Below, piece after piece: positions 11,999 through 21,508 of a stretch of DNA of 64,000 nt. Location of the stretch: positions 62,001-126,000 of the forward strand of contig JAANOX010000035.1 in NCBI GenBank assembly GCA_020184695.1, in the 5' to 3' direction. The translations under genes were made by a program, and so were the position numbers. This DNA is from Histomonas meleagridis 2922-C6/04-290x (Eukaryota; Protista; Parabasalia). The notes below the pieces were generated by a model, which saw only the letters and a program-made list of their open reading frames with translations, did no database searches and was not told the DNA's origin. How positions within the stretch are numbered: the stretch's first letter is position 1; every line of letters starts with the position of its first letter.

Positions 11999-14332
11999 TT
12001 ATTTGCATTCTTCTATTCGACAGGAATCTTGTGCTTCGGATGATGTTCCTCTGTTAAACTCTTCAAATTCTTCGACAATTAGTAGTCCAGAGTCAGCAAA
12101 TGTGTTTTGCGCATTTCGCTTTTTCTTTAATTTACTTCTTCGATATGTATTTTCTGATGGCTTTCTGAATCCGATATTATTAACTCCAGCAAATGTAGGC
12201 GAAGATTCGATCATGAAAATATAATCTGTACTTTGTTCTTTTGGAATGTTAATTTTAGATTTTTTAAATTCTTTTTCTATTTCATAAAAATCATTTTCAT
12301 TTTCCTCTTTATTTTTATTATGTTTTTCTTCTTTACTTGAGATATATGAAATTTTTGATTCTTTACTCAACTTTTCGTTATTTTCTTCATTCGGTGAATA
12401 AAATGTATCCGAATCAGATGTTTTATTAGAATTATCAGATTCGATTTTAGTGTTGATACTTATTTCATCAGAAACAAATGGAATTTTTACATTTCTTAAA
12501 ATTGGAGAAATAGTATCAATTTGGTATTTAATCGTTTCATTGTTACTATTAATTTGTTTACGAACTTTATTATACATTGATTGATATTCTTTTGCATTTC
12601 CATTAAATTCATTCATTTGAATATGTTTAACTTTATCTAAATTAATGTTTTGGTTAAATTCTTTTGCTTTTTGTTGCACTAAATTCCGTATTAATTTCAT
12701 TTTGTCATTAATAATTGTGCTTGAAAAATTATGCTCATTCTGATTAATTGATTGAATGAATTTCTTTGCGTGCTTCAGAAGTTTCATGGTTTCCTTTGTT
12801 TTTGGATTATCAGTTTCCGATTTGTTAATACTTTTTGGTACTAATATTGAATTCGCATAACTATTTTCTTGATTTGATGGATTATGCTGAAAAGATTTTA
12901 ATTTTGTTTTTTCTTCTTTTGTATTTGATGAAATTTGACTTTTACTTTCACTCGTTTCTTCTTCTTCTTCTTCTTCTTCAATACTTTCATTTTCACTTGT
13001 TTCTTCTTCTGTACTTTCATCTTCATTTATTTCTTCTTCTGTGCATTCATTTTCGTTTGTTTTTTCTTCTGTGTTTTTGTTTGTTTGTTCTTCTATATTT
13101 TGAGTTTCATTTATTTCTTCTTCTGCGCTTTGGTTTGTATTATTTATGTTTATTTTAAGTGATGAATCGCCTTCAATCAAAATGCTCATTTTTTCATTAT
13201 TATTTTGTTCTGTTTTTGCTTCATTTCTTTGTGATGAAATACTTTCTGTATGAGTTGGTATTAAATTTGCTTCTTCATTAATAGTTTTTGTATAATTTAA
13301 TGAAGAATATTTTTGAATGTATTTATTATCTGAAGTCTTTGATTTTGTTTCATCATCAAATTTTTGTGAATTATCATATGACACGAAATGGAAACTTTCA
13401 TCAGATGTTTCTTGATTTTCTTCAATTCGTTCAATTATTGGAATTTCTTTAAATTCAGAATCTTTAATTTGTATCAAATTCTTATTTTGCTTAAATATTT
13501 CATTATTTTTATTTGCTTTTCCTTTTGGTGATTTATGTTTGTGATATTCTATCCAAGAAGAATTAAGTTCTTCAACTGCTGTGTTTAACAAATTGTTCAT
13601 ATTTTCTCTACGTGATATTGATTTAGCACTTTCTAAGTCTTCTGTTTTCATTAATTCTTCTTGTTTCTTTATTAGTTTCTTTTGTAGATTCTTTGTGACT
13701 TTATTTTGATTTGTTTGACGGTCTTTCCGAATTGTGTTTTGTAATTCAGTAATTTTAGTAATTAGTGCTTGTATATCAACATTTTCATGTGATGATTCAC
13801 CATTATATGAATTAAGTTTTAACCCTGGCCTTTTGTTTCGTATAGAAAGCCATTCATCTTGATGCTCAGGATGTCTTCTTTTAATGTGATTATCCAAAAA
13901 ATCAAAATTCTCAAACTTTTTCAGACAAATTGGACATTTTTCAAATGGTTTCATTCTTTTTTTAAGAATCAAATCTGCTTTTTGATATGCTTGCTTATAT
14001 TTTTTAGCAATCAATGTGACTTTAGTAATCTCTTTTTCTTTTTCTTCAACTTGAGATTGAAGTTGTTGTTGGACATCACTCATATATTGTAAAGAAATTT
14101 GGAGAATACAACATAAACGAACTGCAAGCGGATGACTTAAAATTAATGAATCATACATAGTTAAATTGGTTCCTACAAATTTTGAAAGAAATGGTTTAAG
14201 AATAGTTAAATCACCAGTTTTTTTAATTAATTCAGGATCAATAGAAGAAACTGTTTCCCAATCTATAACCTCTGTTGGAACAATGTTATCTAATTTATTT
14301 GATGTAGTAGGATACCAATTTGGTTGAAACAT
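11999..14332 (-). CDS. DZIP1/Iguana-like ciliary protein (Dzip-like N domain, C2H2 finger, coiled coil, acidic tail)
   Basis: IDWETVSSIDPELIKKTGDL motif, QISLQYMSDVQ, C2H2 finger CPICLKKFENFDFLDNHIKRRH. First in-frame ATG is at 14332 (the track start at 14389 is TTG). Confidence 0.75.
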   Translation of the reverse strand: MFQPNWYPTTSNKLDNIVPTEVIDWETVSSIDPELIKKTGDLTILKPFLSKFVGTNLTMYDSLILSHPLAVRLCCILQISLQYMSDVQQQLQSQVEEKEKEITKVTLIAKKYKQAYQKADLILKKRMKPFEKCPICLKKFENFDFLDNHIKRRHPEHQDEWLSIRNKRPGLKLNSYNGESSHENVDIQALITKITELQNTIRKDRQTNQNKVTKNLQKKLIKKQEELMKTEDLESAKSISRRENMNNLLNTAVEELNSSWIEYHKHKSPKGKANKNNEIFKQNKNLIQIKDSEFKEIPIIERIEENQETSDESFHFVSYDNSQKFDDETKSKTSDNKYIQKYSSLNYTKTINEEANLIPTHTESISSQRNEAKTEQNNNEKMSILIEGDSSLKININNTNQSAEEEINETQNIEEQTNKNTEEKTNENECTEEEINEDESTEEETSENESIEEEEEEEETSESKSQISSNTKEEKTKLKSFQHNPSNQENSYANSILVPKSINKSETDNPKTKETMKLLKHAKKFIQSINQNEHNFSSTIINDKMKLIRNLVQQKAKEFNQNINLDKVKHIQMNEFNGNAKEYQSMYNKVRKQINSNNETIKYQIDTISPILRNVKIPFVSDEISINTKIESDNSNKTSDSDTFYSPNEENNEKLSKESKISYISSKEEKHNKNKEENENDFYEIEKEFKKSKINIPKEQSTDYIFMIESSPTFAGVNNIGFRKPSENTYRRSKLKKKRNAQNTFADSGLLIVEEFEEFNRGTSSEAQDSCRIEECK

Positions 14333-14376
14333 GAAATTAAATTTTTGAGTACGTTTAAAAATAAAAGTGCCATTGA

Positions 14377-14646
14377 ATGGTTGAACCAACTGATTTTCAG
14401 CTGAAAGATGTTATTTCTAACATAATTTTCACATGCGGTGGTGATACCTTACAATACGATGAAACAATCAATGAAGTTACAAAAGTTGTTATAGAATACA
14501 TCAAGAACCTAACAGAGATGTCTCTAAAACTCTCAGAAAGAGCAGACACTATAAGCCCTGATGGAGTTATCAAAGCACTTCAAGTTGATCCCGTAACACA
14601 TTATCAAGTAAAAGAAATTTATAACCGAATCAAGAATAAAAACTAA
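14377..14646 (+). CDS. TAF13/Spt3-like histone-fold protein
   Basis: 89 aa; pattern IIFTCGG...ETINEVTKVVIEYIKNL...ALQVDP resembles TFIID-18kDa (MyGfGD...et...iv..yi...lrkDp). Confidence 0.55.
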   Translation: MVEPTDFQLKDVISNIIFTCGGDTLQYDETINEVTKVVIEYIKNLTEMSLKLSERADTISPDGVIKALQVDPVTHYQVKEIYNRIKNKN

Positions 14647-15017
14647 GGTTCAAAGCATAAAACCTATTAAAAGAAATTTGTAGTTGTCTAAAAAACAAAA
14701 TTTAATGTTCAAAAAAATGAAACCAAGCGACACTCATTTGATATTTCAAAAAGAAACAGATTGATTTTTAATTCATACGCCTCCATAAAAACATTCTAAA
14801 TTGTTTTAACATGGTTTTTTTTCGGTAATCTGTCTGTTAATATACCTTGTGTATGTTTGAATACTCACGTGACCGAATATCAACACAAATGATATTTTGT
14901 ACAGCATATTTTCATTGAAAAGAAATATAAGACATATTTTATTTTTCTCAATTATTTGAATTGTTTACAAATTCGGATGAAGTTCCCCTTTGGTCTTTGT
15001 TTGTTAACTTCACATTA

Positions 15018-16133
15018 ATGGAACCAATATTCGAGCTGCCACCAGCTGACCACCAATTTACCGAAGGAGAAGATATTTATTTAATTGATAAGAACCAAAT
15101 AGATCTATGGAAAGCAAAAATCAAAAAAATCACCAAAGTTAACCATATCATTAAGATTGAGGACTCAGATGAAGGAGAAAAAAGACTCAAAACCACCGAA
15201 AGACTTCTTGAAAGAACAGAAAAGAATAATCAAATTTATGAAACTCAATTAAAACAACGACAAGAATTAGAAAAAGAAATGAAAGATAAGGAAGAGCGCG
15301 AAAAGGAAGAAAATGACGAAGAAAAAGAATCTGTTGAAAATGAAATCAAAGAAGAAGAAAAAAGTGAAGAATACAGTAGCAATGATGAAAAAAACTCTCC
15401 TATCCAGGAAGAAAAGAAGAGGAAACGATCCAAGAAACCACGATCCAAACGTCCTGCCGTCATTGATAATCGCGAGATTGTTCGTAACAGCTGGTTAAAT
15501 GGGATTCATGAGGTTGAATCATTTCGTAAATACATGAATGACAATCTTAACGAAGCCATGGATGAGTATATGAAATTTTATAATATGATGAACATCACCG
15601 AAAATCCTCCCTTTAAACTTGGTGGTGGCCTTTCTTCTGACGAAGTCAGTGAGTTTTGGAAGGATTGCTTATCTTTTTGGCGACATATTTATCCAAATAA
15701 GTGTGTTGTCAATACGACACATTTCATCCGAAAGCTTGCTGAGAAGCTTCGTCTTCCAAACCAAATCGAATCCAATGCGCGAGAAGCTCTTGCTTTTATA
15801 TTTGATCCCGAAACTCAACCTGAGACAGAGTTCACGCAATTCTGTGCGTTTATGGCGATGTTTGGTCCAAGCAGCACCGCCATCAGAAAGCTCGGGCAAT
15901 TCCTGAAGTGTCCCGAGAAGTTGAAAGATTCTTTGGTATTTCCAGACATCGATGAACTGATGACATCTAAATTCAACATCGACTTAATGGAAATGAACTG
16001 TTTCACTCTGAATGGGAAAAATGTATACAATCGAATTGCTGTGGACACCAACGGTAATTATCTGGTTGACAGTGACGGAGTTGAATATGGTTCATGGGAT
16101 GAGTTCTTTAAGAGCATTGAACAAAAAGAGTAA
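15018..16133 (+). CDS. Tudor-knot/chromo-barrel-like N-terminus fused to an IBP39-type C-terminal domain
   Basis: N-term FTEGEDIYLID...LWKAKI...RLLERTEKN. C-term W...FIRKLAEKL...NAREALAFIF...FCAFMAMFGP...IRKLGQFL...NCF...VYN...YLVDSDGVEYGSWDEFF matches the trichomonad IBP39 C-domain pattern from memory. TCACATT Inr-like sequence precedes the ATG at 15018. Confidence 0.65.
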   Translation: MEPIFELPPADHQFTEGEDIYLIDKNQIDLWKAKIKKITKVNHIIKIEDSDEGEKRLKTTERLLERTEKNNQIYETQLKQRQELEKEMKDKEEREKEENDEEKESVENEIKEEEKSEEYSSNDEKNSPIQEEKKRKRSKKPRSKRPAVIDNREIVRNSWLNGIHEVESFRKYMNDNLNEAMDEYMKFYNMMNITENPPFKLGGGLSSDEVSEFWKDCLSFWRHIYPNKCVVNTTHFIRKLAEKLRLPNQIESNAREALAFIFDPETQPETEFTQFCAFMAMFGPSSTAIRKLGQFLKCPEKLKDSLVFPDIDELMTSKFNIDLMEMNCFTLNGKNVYNRIAVDTNGNYLVDSDGVEYGSWDEFFKSIEQKE

Positions 16134-16164
16134 AAATATACTAATAACGTTTTTATTATATCGA

Positions 16165-16323
16165 GATCAGTCCCCTTAAGGGATGCACTGTGGTGGACAT
16201 GTCCTCTTTGGCGTTTCCCCAATTCAGAATGGAAGACCTTTGATTGCTTTTTGGGTCTTGTTTAAAATGCTGTCCCCAACAGGATTTTGAATGGAGACAC
16301 ATTTTGTGTGAGATTGATTTCAC
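16165..16323. other. GC-rich intergenic island with several hairpins; candidate structured ncRNA of unknown class
   Basis: 64/140 G+C over 16161-16300 against very AT-rich flanks; palindromes at 16173-16182 and 16195-16204; stems 16233-16238/16254-16259, 16261-16291 and 16308-16323. Confidence 0.3.
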
Positions 16324-16331
16324 TTATTTGT

Positions 16332-17579
16332 ATGTTCTTTCTTTTGGTAGAAACAATTTATAGCATTTCAAAAGCTTATATATTGCCAGGGCGTAATGCT
16401 TCTCAACTGCCTTCTGGGTATATAAATAACGATTATGCTTACATTCAACAAATTGAAAAAGAGAAAAATAGTACAAAAATCGATGAACGTCTTCATCAAT
16501 ATCTTACTTGGGCAAAAGCTAATGCTACATCTAATTATAAAAATGAATTTCCTGCTGGTCCTAATGTTTCAATGTCTCAACTTGCTGGGAATTATAATTA
16601 TATTTTCGTCCAATCCAATTTATCAACTTTTGTTCTTGATTTAACAAATTGTTCAAATCAAATATATCAATTTAATGATCAATTATCATCTGGCTTTAAT
16701 TTAAGTATTAAATCTAACACAACTAATCTTTCAACAGCAATCCCTATTCTTAGCTTCCAAAAAGATGTTAAGCCGACATTCCAGGGAAATGTCACATATA
16801 ACACAATTGAAATTCAAAAAGAAGCATATGGACAATTTACAGCAAATAATCTTATTTCATCAAATATGAAAATATTAAATAATACTAATTTTACAGCTAC
16901 AAATAAATTTTACAAGCCACATAATAATACCATTGTTTTAGGACAAAATAAAACTACTGTTGATAATGTAACATTACCCGCAGGTGTTAATCTTATAATA
17001 TCTCCTTATGTATTTGAAAACCAAACTATTGTTTTGAAAATTGAAGATAATGTTACACAACTTCCTCCATTTTCGTTATATTTTGATGAAACTTTTTATA
17101 TGTTAGCAAATTATAAATTTGAAGATTATTTCAATACTTTCTTTTATGCTACAAACAATAAAGAAAGAAATGCATCCCTTATTATTGAACCTCAGGGTAA
17201 TTGGACAATTGGCACAAATAAGACTGTTCAAGTTAATATTTCATTATATGCTACAAAAGAAAATCAAAAATTCATTGATTTAGAAAAACTTCCTAAAAAT
17301 CTGAGACCTTCATTCAAGACAAGTCCCTTATTTAATATTTCAGTAATTCCTACAACTCCGGTAACCCCTACATCTAGTACATCTCCTAATTCTCCTACAA
17401 CAACTCCAACATCTGCAACATCTACCGAATCTGTAACATCTACCAAATCTGCAACATCTACCAAATCTGTAACACGTACTGCAACTACAAGTGTTTCAAC
17501 TCCATCCAATGGTTTAAAATTAAAGTCATTAATGTCTGGATTAGTCATGCTTTTCTTAATGTCTTTTTTGATTTTCTAA
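16332..17579 (+). CDS. Secreted/surface glycoprotein with S/T/P-rich stalk and hydrophobic extreme C-terminus
   Basis: Signal-like MFFLLVETIYSISKA after TCACTT Inr; many N-x-S/T sequons; 18-bp repeats encoding ATSTKS/VTSTKS; ends SNGLKLKSLMSGLVMLFLMSFLIF*. Confidence 0.75.
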   Translation: MFFLLVETIYSISKAYILPGRNASQLPSGYINNDYAYIQQIEKEKNSTKIDERLHQYLTWAKANATSNYKNEFPAGPNVSMSQLAGNYNYIFVQSNLSTFVLDLTNCSNQIYQFNDQLSSGFNLSIKSNTTNLSTAIPILSFQKDVKPTFQGNVTYNTIEIQKEAYGQFTANNLISSNMKILNNTNFTATNKFYKPHNNTIVLGQNKTTVDNVTLPAGVNLIISPYVFENQTIVLKIEDNVTQLPPFSLYFDETFYMLANYKFEDYFNTFFYATNNKERNASLIIEPQGNWTIGTNKTVQVNISLYATKENQKFIDLEKLPKNLRPSFKTSPLFNISVIPTTPVTPTSSTSPNSPTTTPTSATSTESVTSTKSATSTKSVTRTATTSVSTPSNGLKLKSLMSGLVMLFLMSFLIF

Positions 17580-18607
17580 GTTATGCTAATTCAAATTACC
17601 CAATAAAAACTCATTTCTAAATTTTAATTTTTCAATATATTTCGCGAATTATTTATTACATTGTATACTAATGTATACTATTTTCGTCTATCTTTGTTAT
17701 TATTAACAATGTGAATTCCTTCACTTTTAAAAATAAAACTCTAATAAAATGATAACTTCCAAATTTCATATCAAAATCAATATAATTAAATATTATCAAG
17801 TAATTAATTCTAAATTAAATATATTTACATAGTGGTTAATTCTAGAAAACGCTCATTTTACACGTCTATAAGTGACGAAAATCAATACAAAAAAATGTAA
17901 CAGAAGAAATTGCTTCAAGTTAATGCGCTATGGAAGGATTTGACAAAGTGTTTCTATAAGAAGACCATTTTGGGGCGTATGGTTTCGATTGTTTACGACT
18001 GCAAACATCAAAATATCTTTTCAACATATAACAATTTATGATGTACCTTTTACATTTGCCTTATTTTTGGTAATATCATTGATATCTTGAAATTATACCA
18101 ATCACTTTTTTCTAGCTATTATATTATTGAAACTTTAATTGTTAGAATTAAGCAAATATATTTTTTCTTAAGCATCTTATTTGTGAAACTATAACATTGA
18201 ATTTTTTTTGACTAATGCATGATATTATTTGATTTCTATTATAAATTGCTATCAGTTTCCCTTTGTTAGATGAACAAGAAAAATGAATTACTTCATGTCA
18301 CTTTGCACCATTTTTGTCATTTGAAGTTTATTACAAAAAGACAGAATCTTTGTTCTTAATTCATCTAATTTTATTTCAATATTTCTGAAAAAAATTAGAG
18401 AAAAAATATATTTATTGCATTATATAAATATTTGAATAATATTTATTTATAAGTCAATATTAAATTTCTTATATAATATATTATAATATTTATATTTCCT
18501 AATATTTTGCTAATAAATTGTAGTATTTGCATTTTATTGTTGAAATTAAGTTTACAACCTCAACTGCAGGTTTTGCATAGTTTACAATATCGTTTCGTGG
18601 TTCCAAA

Positions 18608-19855
18608 ATGTTTCTTCTTTTTGTCATTGCAAATTCTCTTCCAAAATGCACATATTCTCCTAACTTAACGAAGGCAGCTCAAATATTTACATTCAATCTT
18701 GACAAAAAAGAAGCACTCTGTATCAATATTTCAAAAACAAAAACAGCTATTCTCTTAAATTCTTTCGCTAATACTATAATTGAAACATACACTAAAATGC
18801 AAGAGTCATATTATCATCGAGGGACGTTCACAATGAACGATAATATCGGAGGATTTTGGTTTGGAAATGAAGAAGGGCTTTTCATAGTCAAAAATGATAA
18901 ACCAAGGGCAAACACAATATCATTCGGTGTTGCTTCCTTCCCAAAATTTTGCAAAAAGATTTATTTGTCTAATTCCCTTCGAGATTCCATTTATTTAAAA
19001 TCAAAAGGCGATCAAACATATTGCTACTTCAACGGAGCGCCTGGAAACAATAAATATGAGCTGAAATATAGTTTCAGTCCGAACAATCCAATTATCATTT
19101 TTTATGGAGATTACAATGCACAGCCTATTTTCTCTTCCACCAAGCTTATCATACATGAAAACAACAGTGCTTTCATTGTTGGAAACGGAAATCATTTAGG
19201 CCCTGAAAGTGGGCTTGGATTGAAATTCATATCCGAGCTGAATTACAACGGCATTTTCATCAAAGATTATGTTCATTCAAAAGAGTTCAGTGTTCTACAT
19301 GGGTCACGGATTGACAAACCCCCTGACACAAAAAGATTTATTTTGATTGGAATATCTGCTTTCGTTGTCGTCGTTTCAGTTATTTCTATTTTCATTGTAA
19401 TGCACAGACGAAGGACAAGGAAAGTGAAGAATGTAACTGATTGGCCTTTCGACAAGGAAGAAAGTATGGATGGAAATGTCAATTTGACACCCGACGTTCC
19501 CAAGCCATATGCGATCCCTACAGTACACCTAACATACGAGGACTCACCTGGTGACAATTTTGGCCAAGGATATGCAAATAGAATTATTAATATCGATTCA
19601 CCAAAAAGTGAAGAATTTCCAACATTAAACATCTTATATGAGGATACTGGAGGAAATCTTCCTGAGCAAGAGATGAAAAATTTGTCCTATTCCAGTTTTA
19701 CAGAAGATTTCCCAACAGTTGAAGTCAAATATGAAGATTTAAGCGATAGCCAAATTGAAATACATCATCACAGTAATTCAGAAACAAGTTTTCCTGATTC
19801 CAATGAATTCCCATCTGCATCAATAACATTTGAATCAGATCCTGAAATTCATTGA
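18608..19855 (+). CDS. Uncharacterised type I membrane protein
   Basis: Signal-like MFLLFVIA; TM FILIGISAFVVVVSVISIFIVM followed by HRRRTRK; acidic cytosolic tail with repeated YED motifs. Confidence 0.7.
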   Translation: MFLLFVIANSLPKCTYSPNLTKAAQIFTFNLDKKEALCINISKTKTAILLNSFANTIIETYTKMQESYYHRGTFTMNDNIGGFWFGNEEGLFIVKNDKPRANTISFGVASFPKFCKKIYLSNSLRDSIYLKSKGDQTYCYFNGAPGNNKYELKYSFSPNNPIIIFYGDYNAQPIFSSTKLIIHENNSAFIVGNGNHLGPESGLGLKFISELNYNGIFIKDYVHSKEFSVLHGSRIDKPPDTKRFILIGISAFVVVVSVISIFIVMHRRRTRKVKNVTDWPFDKEESMDGNVNLTPDVPKPYAIPTVHLTYEDSPGDNFGQGYANRIINIDSPKSEEFPTLNILYEDTGGNLPEQEMKNLSYSSFTEDFPTVEVKYEDLSDSQIEIHHHSNSETSFPDSNEFPSASITFESDPEIH

Positions 19856-20294
19856 AAAAGAGACCAATGTTCTAAACCAGTTCAACAGATGGGCTTAACG
19901 AAGTGCCAACGAACTTGGTTAGGAATTGTTTGTAAATAAAACTTTTTAGCAGTAATTTACAATATTATATTCCATGCCACTTCAAGAGAAGTATGTTTTA
20001 AGTGGTTAGGATTTTTAAGTATAATTAGAATAGCACCATCATTCAATTTACTGCACAACTTAAGAGTTTCTTTGAAATATCCTTAAAAAAAGGAAAGTTA
20101 AAGGATTAAAAGCCAAGCATTGCAATTCTTGTACACAAGAATATTGTACTGGTGTATTCACAGCCCAGTAAATCAACAATTAACTTTCTGATAATAAAGT
20201 TATGAAATTTGGCACATATCCGGCCCAAAAAGTCCACGTCACTTTTTATCATTGATTTGAAAAAGTTATTACAACCGCTACAGACATTTCGATT

Positions 20295-21389
20295 ATGGCT
20301 TATTCCCTCGATTTCTGCGACGCACCAATTTCATGCCACTCGTGGAACAAAGATGGAACAATGGTTGCTCTTTGTCCTAACACCTCAGATCTTTTGATAT
20401 ATAAGGTTAATGGTAAGACAACAGAACTTGTTTATACCCTCAAAGAACACACTCAACTCATTAGCAGTTGTGATTGGAACACAGTTGATGACTCAATTGT
20501 TACATGCTCCCATGATCGTAATGCTTATGTCTGGAAATTATCAGAAGATAAAACAGAATGGAAAAAACAATTAGTTCTTCTCAAGTTAGATAGAGCTGCT
20601 ACATTTGTAAGGTGGTCTCCAGATGGCACAAAGTTTGTTTGTGCAACAGGTTCCAAGAAATTACGTGTTTGCACATATGATCCAAACCAAAATTGGTGGC
20701 AATCTTATACAATTGATCACAAGCATCCAACTTCACTAACAGTTGATTTCATGCCAGACAATATTCATATTATTTGCTCATGTACTGATCGTCATATGAC
20801 ATATTTCACAATTGATGATAAAGAAGCTAAGGAACATATGAAGAAGTCAGGAAGCAAGAGTAAGAAGATAGACTATGCACTCCAAACATACTCATGTCAA
20901 GGATGGTGCAATGCAACAGCAAGATCTCCAGATGGTGAATGGATTGCTTTCACTTCCCAAGACTCTTACATTAGGTTTGTCAGAACAAGCGAAATAGGTC
21001 AAGAAGATGCTCCAGTTAGACAACATAATATCAATGGTCTTCCATTACTTTCACTTTGCTTCATCAGCAACAACGCTTTGATTGGTGGTGGATTTGATTG
21101 CGCTCCACGTCTCTTTGTTCTCGAAGGAGATGACTGGGCTGATCTTGGATTGATTGATATTCCAGAGATTCGTGAAAAGGCTTCTGGAGCAGCATCAAGT
21201 GGTTTTGCTTCAAAGGCTGCTGCTTTCGGAGGAAAGGCCGTCACAAAGAATGAAGGAATTCACAATAATATTATTCTCGGAATTCGCCTTACAAAGGATG
21301 CTTTCTCAACATGCGCTAATGATGGTAAGCTTGGTGTTTGGCCATTCAGTGCCCTTAAAAACCATTTCAAAGGAAAGAACCTCTTCTGA
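20295..21389 (+). CDS. ARPC1: Arp2/3 complex 41-kDa WD40 subunit
   Basis: ISCHSWNKDGTMVALCPN, IVTCSHDRNAYVW, LVLLKLDRAATFVRWSPDGTKF, GGGFDCAP are ARPC1 hallmarks. Confidence 0.92.
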   Translation: MAYSLDFCDAPISCHSWNKDGTMVALCPNTSDLLIYKVNGKTTELVYTLKEHTQLISSCDWNTVDDSIVTCSHDRNAYVWKLSEDKTEWKKQLVLLKLDRAATFVRWSPDGTKFVCATGSKKLRVCTYDPNQNWWQSYTIDHKHPTSLTVDFMPDNIHIICSCTDRHMTYFTIDDKEAKEHMKKSGSKSKKIDYALQTYSCQGWCNATARSPDGEWIAFTSQDSYIRFVRTSEIGQEDAPVRQHNINGLPLLSLCFISNNALIGGGFDCAPRLFVLEGDDWADLGLIDIPEIREKASGAASSGFASKAAAFGGKAVTKNEGIHNNIILGIRLTKDAFSTCANDGKLGVWPFSALKNHFKGKNLF

Positions 21390-21508
21390 GTAAACATCTT
21401 TTACACAAATGGGGTGCCCTAAACATAACGTTCTCCACTTTTAGCTTTTGAAAGAAAACGATTAAAATCAATTCAATTACAATCTTTACAAACAAATATT
21501 TGTTTTCT

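Noticed and set aside
16182-16196. IRE-like CAGTGC loop on the minus strand
   Set aside because: The flanking bases do not form the required 5-bp upper stem.
19870-20190. Several hairpins downstream of the 18608 gene (e.g. 19880-19925, TACTGG/CCAGTA, GAAAGTTAA/TTAACTTTC) as snoRNAs
   Set aside because: No correctly placed H/ACA or C/D boxes; short AT-rich stems are expected by chance.
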